DNA of 64,000 nucleotides from an uncultured Gemmatimonadales bacterium (GCA_963777835.1 CAVZRK010000006.1:1186155-1250154); one strand, 5' to 3'. Shown: positions 1-9,484, counted from the stretch's first letter. A program made the numbers and translations. The notes: generated by a model not told the origin, from the sequence alone.

Positions 1-233
1 ACCTGATCCTCTCCGACCTGCGAATGCCGCGGCTCACGGGGCGCGAGTTCTTCGAGGCGCTGAAGCAGCGGAACCCGGAGGCCGCCGGCCGCGTCGTCTT
101 CAGCACCGGCGACACCGTCCACGGCGACACCACCGCGTTCCTGGAGTCGCAGCCCCACCCCTTCCTGAACAAGCCGTTCAGCCTCGCGGAATTGCGCGCG
201 CTGCTGGCCCGCGCGGTGGCGGCGCCGACATGA
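1..233 (+). CDS. response regulator receiver domain, C-terminal fragment (5' end outside window)
   Basis: The frame is open from the window edge (codon phase starts at nt 3). The translation LILSDLRMPRLTGREFF...FSTGD...LNKPF shows the receiver phospho-acceptor Asp, the conserved S/T and the Lys. Stop 231-233 overlaps the next ATG (ATGA). Confidence 0.6.
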   Translation, partial: LILSDLRMPRLTGREFFEALKQRNPEAAGRVVFSTGDTVHGDTTAFLESQPHPFLNKPFSLAELRALLARAVAAPT

Positions 234-1300
234 CCCTCCGGATCGTGCATGTCGCGTCCGGGCGCGAATGGCGAGGTGGGCAGCGGCAGGTGTGGCTGCT
301 GGCCCGCGCGCTCGCCAAGCACGAAGGGATCAGCCAGGTCGTGGTGACCGGGCGCGGGAGCGAGCTCGCGCGCCGGCTCACGAACGATCGCATTCCCACG
401 CGCACGCCTGCCTGGGACGGCGCGCTCGACCTGCGCGCCCTCGCGGCCACGCTGCGCGCCGCCGACCGGTCGAGCATCCTGCACGCCCACGACAGCCACG
501 CCCTGACCCTGGCCGGCCTCGCGTCGTACGTCACCGGCCGCTTTCTCGTGGCCAGCCGCCGGGTCGACGTACCGGTGCGCCGCACCGGCTTCTGGGGCCG
601 CGCCGACAGGATCATCGCCGTCTCCGAGGCGGTCCGGCGCGAACTCGTGGCGACCGGGACCCCCCCGGCCAAGGTGACCGTGGTCCATTCGGGCATCGAC
701 CTGGCCGACCTGCAGCGCACCGTTCCCTACGACGCCCGCCCCGGCCTCGGACTCGCCCCCGGCACGCCGCTCGCCATCACCACCGGGGCGCTCGTGGGTG
801 TCAAGAACCACACGACCCTCGTTCGGGCGGCGGCGCTCGCCTCCGCCCGGCGCCCCGACCTGCACTGGGCCATCGCTGGCGAGGGACACCTGCGGCTGAA
901 GGTGGAGTCGCTGATCCGCGAGCTCGGGCTGCAGAGTCGCGTCCACCTCCTCGGCCACGTGCCGGAGGGGGCCCGGCTCGTGGCGGCCTCGGACGTGTTC
1001 GTGATGTCGTCCATCCAGGAGGGGCTGGGGACGTCGGTCCTCGACGCGATGGCGCTCGGCATCCCGGTCGTCGGCACCGCCGCGGGGGGAATCCCGGAAC
1101 TGCTGCGGGGTGGCGCGGGCCGACTCGTCCCGCCGCGCGACCCCGTCGCGCTCGCGGAGGCGGTGCTCTCGGTCCTCGCGGATCCCCAGGCCCGGGCGGC
1201 CCAGGTGGCCAGGGCCAGGGAGGCGGTCCGGGAGTTCAGCGACGAAAGGATGGCCGAGGGCGTCCTGCAGGTATATCGTTCCCTCAACTCAGCCCATTGA
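230..1300 (+). CDS. glycosyltransferase, GT-B fold, family 4 (group 1)
   Basis: 356-aa ORF. The C-terminal half reads VFVMSSIQEGLGTSVLDAMALGIPVVGTAAGGIPELL, the typical GT4 E-x7-E region. G/C-ending codon bias. Confidence 0.8.
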   Translation: MTLRIVHVASGREWRGGQRQVWLLARALAKHEGISQVVVTGRGSELARRLTNDRIPTRTPAWDGALDLRALAATLRAADRSSILHAHDSHALTLAGLASYVTGRFLVASRRVDVPVRRTGFWGRADRIIAVSEAVRRELVATGTPPAKVTVVHSGIDLADLQRTVPYDARPGLGLAPGTPLAITTGALVGVKNHTTLVRAAALASARRPDLHWAIAGEGHLRLKVESLIRELGLQSRVHLLGHVPEGARLVAASDVFVMSSIQEGLGTSVLDAMALGIPVVGTAAGGIPELLRGGAGRLVPPRDPVALAEAVLSVLADPQARAAQVARAREAVREFSDERMAEGVLQVYRSLNSAH

Positions 1301-1306
1301 CGAGCA

Positions 1307-2017
1307 ATGCTTTACATATGCATTCCCAGCCGTAACGAGGCCCAGACCGTCGGTCTTCTGCTCTGGAAGATTCGCCAGGTCTTTACCGCCACTCCCCGCG
1401 AGTATCACCTCCTCGTGGGAGACGACGCATCCACCGATGCGACGCCGGACGTGCTCGCACCGTACTCGAAGGTGCTGCCGCTCACGGTGCTCCGGCAGGA
1501 TCGGCACGCCGGCTACGCGCGGACGGTGGAAAACCTCCTTCGTCACGCGGTCATGCTGAGCGACCGGCCCCGGCGCGACGCCGCCGTCGTGCTCCATGCC
1601 GACTTCCTCCACGATCCCGCCACCATTCCCGAGTTGCTGAAGAAATTCGACAGCGGCGCCGACCTCGTCGTGGCGGAAAGCCAGGGGGAAGGGGCGCCGA
1701 CACGCGGCCACCGCCTCCTGAGGCGGTACGCACCGCTGCTTCTCCGCCGGCGGGGGCGTGTGGCCGGGGTCCGGGACACGGTGAGCGGATTCCTTGCGAT
1801 GCGCCTCAGTGTGGCGAAGGACGCGTTGCCCGGGACCGGGCCCGTCCTGACGTCCGACGGATGGGCCGCCAACGCCGAACTCATCGCGCGGGCGGCGGCG
1901 GTGTCCCGGAAGGTGGACGGAGTGGAGACGCGCGAGCGGTACGACCTGCTGCAGCATCCGCTCGATTACGACCCGTGGGCTGCCGCGAAGGCGCTCTGGC
2001 GATCGGCGGGCAGATGA
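1307..2017 (+). CDS. glycosyltransferase family 2 (GT-A)
   Basis: 236-aa ORF. The N-terminus ICIPSRNEA...LLVGDDASTD matches the GT2 IPxxNE and DDxSxD motifs. Confidence 0.75.
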   Translation: MLYICIPSRNEAQTVGLLLWKIRQVFTATPREYHLLVGDDASTDATPDVLAPYSKVLPLTVLRQDRHAGYARTVENLLRHAVMLSDRPRRDAAVVLHADFLHDPATIPELLKKFDSGADLVVAESQGEGAPTRGHRLLRRYAPLLLRRRGRVAGVRDTVSGFLAMRLSVAKDALPGTGPVLTSDGWAANAELIARAAAVSRKVDGVETRERYDLLQHPLDYDPWAAAKALWRSAGR

Positions 2018-2784
2018 TCGCTGCCGCGCTGCTCCTCGCCCTGCAGGCGCCCATCGGGGCGCCGACCGCCGCCCCGGCGCCGATCCCGAGCTACCCGTTC
2101 GCCGTCGGCGAACGGCTGACCTACGCCGCCAAGCTCGGCATCGTCTCGCTCGGCGAGGGACGGGTCGAGGTGGTGCGCACTGACACCGTCCGCGGCGTGG
2201 ACGCCTTCCTCTTCCGGTTCACGCTGGCCGGGGGCGTACCGCTGTACAGCCTCGACGACACGCTCGAGTCATGGACCGGGGTGCAGGATCTCCTCTCGCG
2301 CCGGTTCGTGCAGCGCCAGTTCGAGGGGGGGAAGACGCGGTTCCGCCACTACGAGATCTTCCCCGACTCGGGCGTCTGGCACGAGCTCTCGAGGCAGCGG
2401 ACCGGCGAGTCCTCAAGGTTCCCGACCGACGACGCCGCCTTCCTCTACTTCGTGCGGGTCACGCCGCTCGAGGTCGGGAAGACCTACGAATTCGACCGCT
2501 ACTTCCGGAAGCAACTGAACCCCGTCGTGCTCAAGGTGCACAAGCGGGAGGAGATGGAGCTCCCTGACGGAACCAAGGTGATGTGCCTGGTGGTGCAGCC
2601 GATCGTGGGCGAGAAGGGCAGCCTCTTCGGCAAGCAGTCCGACACCCGCGTCTGGCTGACCGACGACGAGCGGCGCATTCCGGTGCAGATCCGCATCCGA
2701 TTCGTGTTCGGCACCATCACGATGCGACTGAAGGAGATGCACCTGCCGCCCCTGCCCGCGACGAAGGCGCCGTCTCCCACATGA
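2014..2784 (+). CDS. DUF3108 family protein with signal peptide
   Basis: The internal ATG at 2014 (ATGA overlap with the GT2 stop) gives MIAAALLLALQAPIG. YPFAVGERLTYAAKLGIVSLGEGRVEVV resembles the DUF3108 N-terminal signature. The upstream part of the 1861 ORF is Arg/Gly-rich read-through. Confidence 0.6.
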   Translation: MIAAALLLALQAPIGAPTAAPAPIPSYPFAVGERLTYAAKLGIVSLGEGRVEVVRTDTVRGVDAFLFRFTLAGGVPLYSLDDTLESWTGVQDLLSRRFVQRQFEGGKTRFRHYEIFPDSGVWHELSRQRTGESSRFPTDDAAFLYFVRVTPLEVGKTYEFDRYFRKQLNPVVLKVHKREEMELPDGTKVMCLVVQPIVGEKGSLFGKQSDTRVWLTDDERRIPVQIRIRFVFGTITMRLKEMHLPPLPATKAPSPT

Positions 2785-3734
2785 GCTACCGCGAGCCGGA
2801 CCTCTCGAAGATCCGCACCGTGCCCGTGGCGGGGCGCTCGAACAAGGTGGAGCCGGCGCTCCTGGCCCACCCGCCGGCCGGCGACCGCTCCTTCCGCGCC
2901 TTCCTCGACAGCCTCCCGGACGTGCTCGCAGCCCGTGACCTCCGGACCACCGCCGATGCCGTCGTCTCCGCCGCCCGTGCAAAGCGGGGCGTGGTGCTCC
3001 TGCTCGGCGGGCACGTCATCAAGGTGGGGCTCGGCCCGCTCATCGCGGACTGGATCCGCCGCGGCATCGTCACGCACATCGCGATGAATGGCGCGGCCGC
3101 CATCCACGACTTCGAACTGGCCGCCTTCGGCGGCACCAGCGAGGATGTGGCCGCGGGACTCGGCGACGGCACCTTCGGGATGGCGGAAGAGACCGGGCGG
3201 GAAATGAACGCCGCGATCTCGGCCGCCGCCCGGGACCACCGGGGGATGGGGGAGGGACTCGCCCTCTACCTGTCCGCGCGCCCGGAGCGCCCCGGCGACG
3301 ACGTGTCGGTCCTCCTCGCCTGTCACCGGCAAGGCGTCCCCGTCACCGTCCACACCGCCATCGGCGCCGAGATCATCCACCAGCATCCTGCCGCGGACGG
3401 CGCCGCCATGGGCGCCACCAGCCAGCGCGACTTCCTTCGGCTGGCCGGGTCGCTCCCCGACATCGATCAGGGCGGCGTGGTCATGAACTGGGGAAGCGCC
3501 GTCATCATGCCGGAGGTCTTCCTCAAGGCGCTGACGGTCGCGCGCAACCTCGGCGGCGGAAAGCCGACCCACTTCCTGGCGGCCGATTTCGACATGCAGC
3601 GGCACTACCGCCCGAGGGTCAACGTGGTGCAGCGCCCGACGCTGGCCGGCGGCACCGGGATCCAGGTGACAGGCCACCACGAACTGATGTTCCCGTTGCT
3701 GTACTGGGCGGTGCTCGAACAACTGGCGGGATGA
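2781..3734 (+). CDS. deoxyhypusine-synthase-like (DHS-fold) protein, putative
   Basis: ATG 2781 overlaps the upstream stop (ATGA). LLLGGHVIKVGLGPLIADWIRRGIVTHIAMNGAAAIHDFE resembles the DHS-family core. The assignment is from memory only. Confidence 0.4.
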   Translation: MSYREPDLSKIRTVPVAGRSNKVEPALLAHPPAGDRSFRAFLDSLPDVLAARDLRTTADAVVSAARAKRGVVLLLGGHVIKVGLGPLIADWIRRGIVTHIAMNGAAAIHDFELAAFGGTSEDVAAGLGDGTFGMAEETGREMNAAISAAARDHRGMGEGLALYLSARPERPGDDVSVLLACHRQGVPVTVHTAIGAEIIHQHPAADGAAMGATSQRDFLRLAGSLPDIDQGGVVMNWGSAVIMPEVFLKALTVARNLGGGKPTHFLAADFDMQRHYRPRVNVVQRPTLAGGTGIQVTGHHELMFPLLYWAVLEQLAG

Positions 3735-3760
3735 GCGCGGCGAGGCCGCCGAAAAAGCAG

Positions 3761-3786
3761 GACGCGCCCGGAATGCCGGGCGCGTC
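3761..3786 (-). terminator. rho-independent terminator (possibly bidirectional) between convergent genes
   Basis: Perfect 11-bp stem GACGCGCCCGG / CCGGGCGCGTC with loop AATG. On the minus strand it is followed by CTGCTTTTTCGG (T-tract), 27 nt after the stop of the 3813-4028 gene. Confidence 0.7.
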
Positions 3787-3812
3787 GGGACCTGAAGGGG
3801 TGGCCGCCTGGT

Positions 3813-4028
3813 CTAGGCGGAGTGCTTGCCGGAGATCGTCTCCTTCACCTTGTCCGCCGTGCCCGGGCTGAAGACCCGCAGGACGAGGTAGATGATGAAG
3901 CCCCAGAAGGCGAAATAGATGATCGTGCCGATCAGGCTGAGCACGATGCCGAACACCGAACCGAGAATCTTCAGGACGATCATGGCGACGACCGCGAACG
4001 CGGCGAAGCCTACCAGTGAGCGTACCAT
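3813..4028 (-). CDS. small integral membrane protein (71 aa, two hydrophobic helices)
   Basis: The ATG at 4028 is preceded by GGAGGGG 8 nt upstream. MVRSLVGFAAFAVVAMIVLKILGSVFGIVLSLIGTIIYFAFWGFIIYLVLRVF is strongly hydrophobic. The rest of the 337-aa ORF is read-through antisense to thiO. Confidence 0.55.
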   Translation of the reverse strand: MVRSLVGFAAFAVVAMIVLKILGSVFGIVLSLIGTIIYFAFWGFIIYLVLRVFSPGTADKVKETISGKHSA

Positions 4029-4101
4029 CTTGCACCCCTCCAGGTTGACGGACGTGACAGCCGTACGCCGGTATGTTTCAAAAAGTTTCGTGGAGCGGTA
4101 A

Positions 4102-5211
4102 GTGACAACTGGACATGATGTTATCGTCGTCGGTGGAGGCGCAATCGGCGCCGCGTGCGCCAGGGAACTGGCGCGCTCGGGCCGGTCAGTGGCCTTCATG
4201 GACCCCGACCTCGATGACGGTCCTGCCTGGCGGGCCGCGGCCGGAATGCTGGCGCCGGAGGTGGAGACCAGGGAAACCGACGACCCGATCGTCGCGCTCG
4301 GCGTCGCGGGCCGGGATCGTCTCGCCGTCCTGGCGGAGCGGCTGAAGGAGTCCATCGGCGCGGACATCGGGATGTGGCAGGAGGGGATCGCGCACGTGGC
4401 CTTCGATGAGGCCGAGGAGACGAGGCTCCGGGCGCAGGTGGCGCACCAGCGGCAGCAGTCGCTCCATGTGGACTGGCTCGACGCGGAGGAGGCGAAGGCC
4501 CGCTGGCCGTGGCTGGGGCCGGCACGAGGGGCGCTCTGGGCGCCGGCCGGCGGCGGGGTGGATCCCCAAAAACTGGTCCAGGCGCTGCGGGCGGACGCCG
4601 TGCGACTCGGCGCCACGCTCATTCCCGACCGGGCGGTCGCCATCGAGCGCCACGGTGACCGGGTGGCGGCGGTACACGGCAAGGCCCGCCACCCGGCGGG
4701 TGACGTGGTCATCGCAGCGGGCGCCTGGTCGGGCCTGCTCGAGGGGCTGCCGCGGCCGCTGGCCGTGGCGCCGGTGCGGGGTGAGATGGCGGCGCTGCCC
4801 GCACCGGAGGGGATCGGGCGCGCCATCGTCTACGGGAAGGGCGCCTACCTCGTGGGCCACGACGATGAAGTCACCGTCGGCTCGACGATGGACTACGCCG
4901 GCTTCCGCAACGAGGTCACCGCCGCGGGGCTCGCGCGGATCTTCGCCGGCGCGAGCCAGCTCTGCCCGGCGCTCGCGCGGCTTCCGGTCATCCGCACCTG
5001 GTCGGGACTCCGCCCCGTCTCCGCCGACGGGCTGCCCCTGCTGGGTGCCGACCCATCGCTCGGCGGGCTCTGGTACGCCACGGGACACGGCCGGAACGGC
5101 ATTCTCCTCTCCGGCATCACGGGAGTGCTCATCCGCCAGCTCCTCGCCGGAGAACCCACGGTCATCGAGGATCTCAGCGCCTTCGATCCGGGCAGGTTCT
5201 GGCAGTGGTAA
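4102..5211 (+). CDS. thiO: FAD-dependent glycine oxidase / D-amino-acid oxidase family
   Basis: GTG start. The N-terminal DVIVVGGGAIGAACARELA Rossmann motif and the C-terminal ATGHGRNGILLSGITG are typical of ThiO-type DAO enzymes. Confidence 0.6.
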   Translation: MTTGHDVIVVGGGAIGAACARELARSGRSVAFMDPDLDDGPAWRAAAGMLAPEVETRETDDPIVALGVAGRDRLAVLAERLKESIGADIGMWQEGIAHVAFDEAEETRLRAQVAHQRQQSLHVDWLDAEEAKARWPWLGPARGALWAPAGGGVDPQKLVQALRADAVRLGATLIPDRAVAIERHGDRVAAVHGKARHPAGDVVIAAGAWSGLLEGLPRPLAVAPVRGEMAALPAPEGIGRAIVYGKGAYLVGHDDEVTVGSTMDYAGFRNEVTAAGLARIFAGASQLCPALARLPVIRTWSGLRPVSADGLPLLGADPSLGGLWYATGHGRNGILLSGITGVLIRQLLAGEPTVIEDLSAFDPGRFWQW

Positions 5212-6032
5212 GGGTATTCTCCGGCTCATTGCTTCTGCTCCTGACGGCGGCTGGGAGCGTCTCGGCCCAGGAGTCCTCCGCGCTGGCCGCCGAGCGCCGC
5301 GCCTATTCCGAGTGGCTCTCCACCTCGACGACGAGTCCGCTCGCCGCCGTCGCGATGCAACGACTCGAGGGGCGCGTCACCCTCGGCCCCGACACGGCGG
5401 ACATCCCCCTCCGCGGGTTCGGACCGGCCGTGGTGACGGAGCGCGACGGGCTGGTGACGTTCACGGGAGCGGACGGGAAGAGCCGCCCGCTGCCTCGTGG
5501 CCGACCGGTAGCCATGCCGCCGTGGACTCTCCAGGTGCTCGGCACCGGACGCGGCACCGTACTGATGGTATTCGGCAAGCCCTCCGGCACATCACCCGGA
5601 TGGTACGGCGTGGACCCGAAGCTCACCTTCACGGCCTCCCTCGAGGCGCCGGCCAGGCGGGAGCGGCGCAGGGTCCTGACGCTCGACGGCATCGAGGTGG
5701 AGGCCGAAACGGCCGGATCAATCAGGGTCCCGCTCGGGGCCGCCGGCACGCGGCTGCTCGTGATGCGGATGCCGGTGCCAGGCACCGAGGAGACCGAGCT
5801 CCAGGTCTACTTTCGGGACCAGACCAACGACCGGGGCACCTACCCGGCCGGCCGGTTCGTTGAATTGACCCCGGCCCCCGATGGCACCTATCGGATCGAC
5901 CTCAACCGGGCGCGCAATCCCTTCTGCGCATACAGCTCGGTGTATCCCTGCCCTGTCCCGTGGTCCGGCAACACCATTCCCACCCCTGTCGAAGCGGGCG
6001 AGAAGTACCTGCCGACCAAACCCGGGAGCTAG
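5205..6032 (+). CDS. DUF1684 domain protein with signal peptide
   Basis: GTG start overlapping the thiO stop, with signal peptide LLLLLTAAGSVSAQE. The C-terminus FRDQTNDRGTYPAGRFV...NRARNPFCAYSSVYPCPVPWSGNTIPTPVEAGEK is the DUF1684 signature. Confidence 0.7.
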   Translation: MVRVFSGSLLLLLTAAGSVSAQESSALAAERRAYSEWLSTSTTSPLAAVAMQRLEGRVTLGPDTADIPLRGFGPAVVTERDGLVTFTGADGKSRPLPRGRPVAMPPWTLQVLGTGRGTVLMVFGKPSGTSPGWYGVDPKLTFTASLEAPARRERRRVLTLDGIEVEAETAGSIRVPLGAAGTRLLVMRMPVPGTEETELQVYFRDQTNDRGTYPAGRFVELTPAPDGTYRIDLNRARNPFCAYSSVYPCPVPWSGNTIPTPVEAGEKYLPTKPGS

Positions 6033-6051
6033 CCTGACGTCCTTCACCGCA

Positions 6052-7218
6052 GTGCTCGTGGCCGCGCTCCTCTCAGGCTCGGCCCCGCTTGCCGGCCCGT
6101 GGCGCGCCACGCTGGATCTTTCCGGCGGCCCGCTCCGCTTTTCGATCGAGGTGGACAGCGGGTCTGCGCCGCTCGCCGCCCGGCTCTGCAACGGCGGCTC
6201 CTGCCAGCCCTTTTCCGGCGTGCGCACGGCTGGGGACACCGTGGTCTTCGAGTTGGGCGACTACGCCGCCTCGATCCGCGCCGTCCGGGTGGGCGACTCA
6301 CTCGTCGGCGCCTACTCGAACGTCGGCAACCGTGGCCCCCGGACCATTCCGTTCAGGGCCTCCCCGGGGCGGTGGCCCGCCAAGCCGGGCAACCCCGCGC
6401 TGCTGGGCGAGTGGAACGCCTGGTTCGGCGCCGAGGGCCGGCTCTCGCCGCGAATCCTGGACTTCAGCAACTCGGCCGAGGGGCTGATGGGGACGGTGCT
6501 CTCGAACTCGGGAGACTACGGCGCCTTCTGGGGAGAAGCTTCGGGGGAGAAGTTCTCGATCGGGCACTTCGACGGGTCGTTCGTCTACCTCATCACCGGG
6601 GCGGTGGAGGGCGACAGCCTGCGGGGCATCTTTCACGCGGGCCTCCGAAGCCAGACCCCCTTCACGGCCACGCGCGCCACCGGCACCCTCCATCTCAGGC
6701 CGCCCACCGAAGTCACGACGGCGGACACGACCGCCCCGTTCCGGTTCGCCTTCCCTGACCTGGAAGGAAAGCTGGTCACCAACGATGACCCCCGGTTCCA
6801 GGGGAAGATCGTCATGGTGGACATCTTCGGGACCTGGTGCCCCAATTGTCACGATGCCGCACCTACGCTGGTGGAGCTGTACCAGACCTACCATGCGCGG
6901 GGGTTCGAGGCGGTCAGCCTCGCCTACGAGGTGAGCGGCGATCCGGAGGTTGACGGCCAGCTGGTCGCGCGCTTCCGCGACAAGTTCGGGATTCCATGGC
7001 CCGTCCTGCTGGCCGGCGTCAACGACACCGAGCTCACGGCGGCGACGCTGCCCCAGCTGGAGGGGTTTACGGCCTACCCCACCCTGCTCTTTCTGGACCG
7101 GACCGGCCGCATCCGGAAGATCCACGCGGGCTTCTACGGACCGGCGACCGGCGCCCAGTACACGAAACTCCGGGCCGACCTCCATTCGTATGTCGAGGAG
7201 CTCATGGCCGGTGACTGA
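6052..7218 (+). CDS. TlpA/redoxin-family thiol:disulfide oxidoreductase with large N-terminal domain
   Basis: VMVDIFGTWCPNCHDAAPTLVELYQTYHARGFEAVSLAYE contains the thioredoxin-fold CxxC. The start is uncertain (GTG 6052 chosen, just after the upstream stop). Confidence 0.65.
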   Translation: MLVAALLSGSAPLAGPWRATLDLSGGPLRFSIEVDSGSAPLAARLCNGGSCQPFSGVRTAGDTVVFELGDYAASIRAVRVGDSLVGAYSNVGNRGPRTIPFRASPGRWPAKPGNPALLGEWNAWFGAEGRLSPRILDFSNSAEGLMGTVLSNSGDYGAFWGEASGEKFSIGHFDGSFVYLITGAVEGDSLRGIFHAGLRSQTPFTATRATGTLHLRPPTEVTTADTTAPFRFAFPDLEGKLVTNDDPRFQGKIVMVDIFGTWCPNCHDAAPTLVELYQTYHARGFEAVSLAYEVSGDPEVDGQLVARFRDKFGIPWPVLLAGVNDTELTAATLPQLEGFTAYPTLLFLDRTGRIRKIHAGFYGPATGAQYTKLRADLHSYVEELMAGD

Positions 7219-7405
7219 CATACGCCCCTTCTCCTGACCCAACATCCCACTTGAGGTCCGGGGACCTAAATCCCTACCCCCAATACCGGTTATCCCCGGG
7301 TACCCCCTTGCGCATTTGGCACAAATTACCCATCGTGGTAACGTTCAGGTCACACCGGGACGGGGCGGAAGCCCGTCCGACTCAGCCATTTCAGGGGGAG
7401 GCAGC

Positions 7406-7990
7406 ATGACCCGTAGGCTCCGTTTGGTTACTCTGGCTGTCAGTCTTGGTCTGCTGCTGGCTGCCCCCGCCTCCGCCCAGCTTGCCGTCGGCCTCACGGG
7501 CGGCGTCAATTCCGCCACCCTGACCGGAAGCGACGCCGACGCGATCAACGTCGACTCCAAGACCGGGGGAGCCGGCGGGCTCTACGCCAACATCTACCTC
7601 GGGTCGCGCTTCTCGGCCGAGGGGCAACTCCTCTTCCAGGGCCAGGGGTTTCAGGGAGCCGATACCGCCAACGTCGAGTACGACGTGGCGCAGGGGTACA
7701 TCGTATTGCCGATGCTCCTCAAGGTCTACTTCGGGAAGCTCAACATCTTCGCCGGTCCCGCCATCAGCTGGGAAGTCAGCTGCAGCGTCAACGCGGACAA
7801 CACCAGCGGCGAGTGCGACAGTTCGCAATCCGGTCTGTGGAGCGGGATTGCAGGCGCGGGCATCCAGTTCGGCCGGCTCGGCGCGGAGGCCCACTACCAG
7901 TCGGGCTTCAGCGACACCTTCGAGGGCATCGACGCCTCGTACGGGGTCTGGTCGCTGATGTTCAGGTTGGCGATTCTCGGAAGCCGCTGA
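7406..7990 (+). CDS. outer-membrane beta-barrel protein (OMP_b-brl type), paralog 1
   Basis: The ATG at 7406 follows GGGGGAG. Signal peptide LGLLLAAPASAQ, then alternating-hydrophobic beta-strand pattern and aromatic-rich strands. Confidence 0.7.
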   Translation: MTRRLRLVTLAVSLGLLLAAPASAQLAVGLTGGVNSATLTGSDADAINVDSKTGGAGGLYANIYLGSRFSAEGQLLFQGQGFQGADTANVEYDVAQGYIVLPMLLKVYFGKLNIFAGPAISWEVSCSVNADNTSGECDSSQSGLWSGIAGAGIQFGRLGAEAHYQSGFSDTFEGIDASYGVWSLMFRLAILGSR

Positions 7991-8056
7991 GGCGGTACGA
8001 TCGTGGCAACGCCGTCGAGTTGCCAGGCATGTGAACCACCCTTCAAGGAGACCGCA

Positions 8057-8725
8057 ATGCGCAAGCTGTTCCGGATCTCAGTACTCGTCGCCTTGGCGCT
8101 CAGCGTGACCGCCCTGATGGCGGAAGCCCAGCGTGCCAAGCAAGTCGGCATCGTGGCTGGCGTGGACTTCACCGACTTCAGCGGGTGCACGTACGACGGG
8201 ACAAATACGTGCTTCATCTCCGAGGGAACCACCTCGAAGACGGGGTTTGTCGGCGGTCTCTTCGTGGGGCTCCCGGTCGGCGGCGGCAACACCTGGATCG
8301 AGCCCGAACTCCTGTACATCAGCAAGGGCGCCAAGTACGACAACGCCACTTACACCGGCACCGAGACGCTCGACTACATCACGATTCCGATCCTCTTCCG
8401 CTGGAACTCCCAGCCGGACGGCGGGTTCTTCTTCCTCGTTGGGCCCACCGTGAACTTCAACATCAGCTGCAGTGACTCCGGCACGTACAACCCGACCGAT
8501 GAGAGCTACGATGAGAAGTGCAGCGACATCCCCGGGCTGAACGTCAACACCACGATCGGCGGCATGGCCGGCCTCGGCTACGCCAAGGGTCGCTTCGGCA
8601 TCGAGGGCCGGTGGATGAACGACTGGGGCGATGCGGTCTCCTTCACCGACCCGGATACCGACACGGATGTCGATCTCGACGTCCGTAATACTGGTTGGAC
8701 GATCATGCTTCGCTTCACCAAGTAA
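8057..8725 (+). CDS. outer-membrane beta-barrel protein, paralog 2
   Basis: The ATG at 8057 follows AAGGAG. Signal peptide MRKLFRISVLVALALSVTALMAEAQ. It shares the blocks EPELLYISKGAKY, YITIPILFRW and GRW...W with its neighbours. Confidence 0.7.
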   Translation: MRKLFRISVLVALALSVTALMAEAQRAKQVGIVAGVDFTDFSGCTYDGTNTCFISEGTTSKTGFVGGLFVGLPVGGGNTWIEPELLYISKGAKYDNATYTGTETLDYITIPILFRWNSQPDGGFFFLVGPTVNFNISCSDSGTYNPTDESYDEKCSDIPGLNVNTTIGGMAGLGYAKGRFGIEGRWMNDWGDAVSFTDPDTDTDVDLDVRNTGWTIMLRFTK

Positions 8726-8739
8726 CCGTTTCTCGCTTT

Positions 8740-8778
8740 GCGAACAGCCCCCCGGAGCGATTCGAGGGGCTGTTTCGC
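8740..8778 (+). terminator. stem-loop after OMP paralog 2
   Basis: GCGAACAGCCCC ... GGGGCTGTTTCGC forms a roughly 12-bp stem with one bulge, 15 nt after the stop. Confidence 0.45.
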
Positions 8779-8840
8779 AAGATGGATGCAGCACCCGTAC
8801 GACGAAGTCGTCAACACCACCCACTCTTCAGGAGAACGTA

Positions 8841-9430
8841 ATGCGCAAGTTCCTTCGGATTTCCACGCTGGCCGCGCTGGCCCTCGGCGCCACGGCGCTG
8901 ACCGCCCAGGCCCAGGGCGCCAAGCAGTTCGGCCTCCTCGCCGGCGTCGGCTTCGCCAACATGAGCGGCGACGACTTCGACGGCGTCGACCAGTCGACCC
9001 GGACCGGATTCGTCGGCGGCTTCTACTTCGCGCTCCCGGTGGCCGCGCGGATGGCCATCGAGCCCGAGGTGCTGTACTCGATGAAGGGGACGAAGTTCGA
9101 TGACTTCGATTTCGACTCAACAACGACTACATCGAGATTCCGGTCCTCTTCAAGTACAACTTCAACGACGCCGGTGGCCCATACCTGCTCGCCGGCCCCG
9201 CCGTCGGGTTCAGCATCTCGTGCAACGAGACCGACGGCGACACCGAGATCAGCTGCGAAGACGATGGCCTTTCCACGACCACGACGTTCGGCGGCGTGTT
9301 GGGCCTCGGCTTCCAGAAGAACCGGTTCGGCCTCGAAGGTCGCTACGACTTCGACTTCGGCGACACCTTCGACGAGATCGCCGCGAAGAACAACCAGTGG
9401 GCCATCCTTGCCCGGATCATGATCAAGTAG
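8841..9430 (+). pseudogene. outer-membrane beta-barrel protein, paralog 3, frame disrupted near 9117
   Basis: The ATG at 8841 follows GGAGAA. The N-terminal 92 aa (MRKFLRISTLAALALGATALTAQAQ...EPEVLYSMKGTKFDDFDFD) are in one frame. The paralog-like remainder (NNDYIEIPVLFKYNFNDAGGPYLLAGP...NNQWAILARIMIK, stop 9428-9430) is in another. The span is 590 nt, so adding 1 nt gives a whole number of codons. Confidence 0.65.
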
Positions 9431-9456
9431 TTCGTCTCCAGTCGTAGCGGTACGAG

Positions 9457-9484
9457 CGGCCCCCCGGGAGACCCCGGGGGGCCG
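9457..9484 (+). terminator. terminator hairpin after OMP paralog 3
   Basis: Perfect 12-bp stem CGGCCCCCCGGG / CCCGGGGGGCCG with loop AGAC, followed by TTTCGCG. Confidence 0.6.

Noticed and set aside
4029-4101. A possible TPP riboswitch or promoter in the divergent gap upstream of the thiO-like gene.
   Set aside because: 73 bp is too short for a TPP riboswitch, and no CUGAGA or ACCUGA-type conserved elements are seen. Only a weak TTGACG box with no convincing -10 is present.
7315-7335. TTGGCAC upstream of OMP paralog 1 as a sigma-54 (-24) element.
   Set aside because: The -12 TTGC element is absent at the required spacing; the sequence reads TGGCACAAATTACCC.
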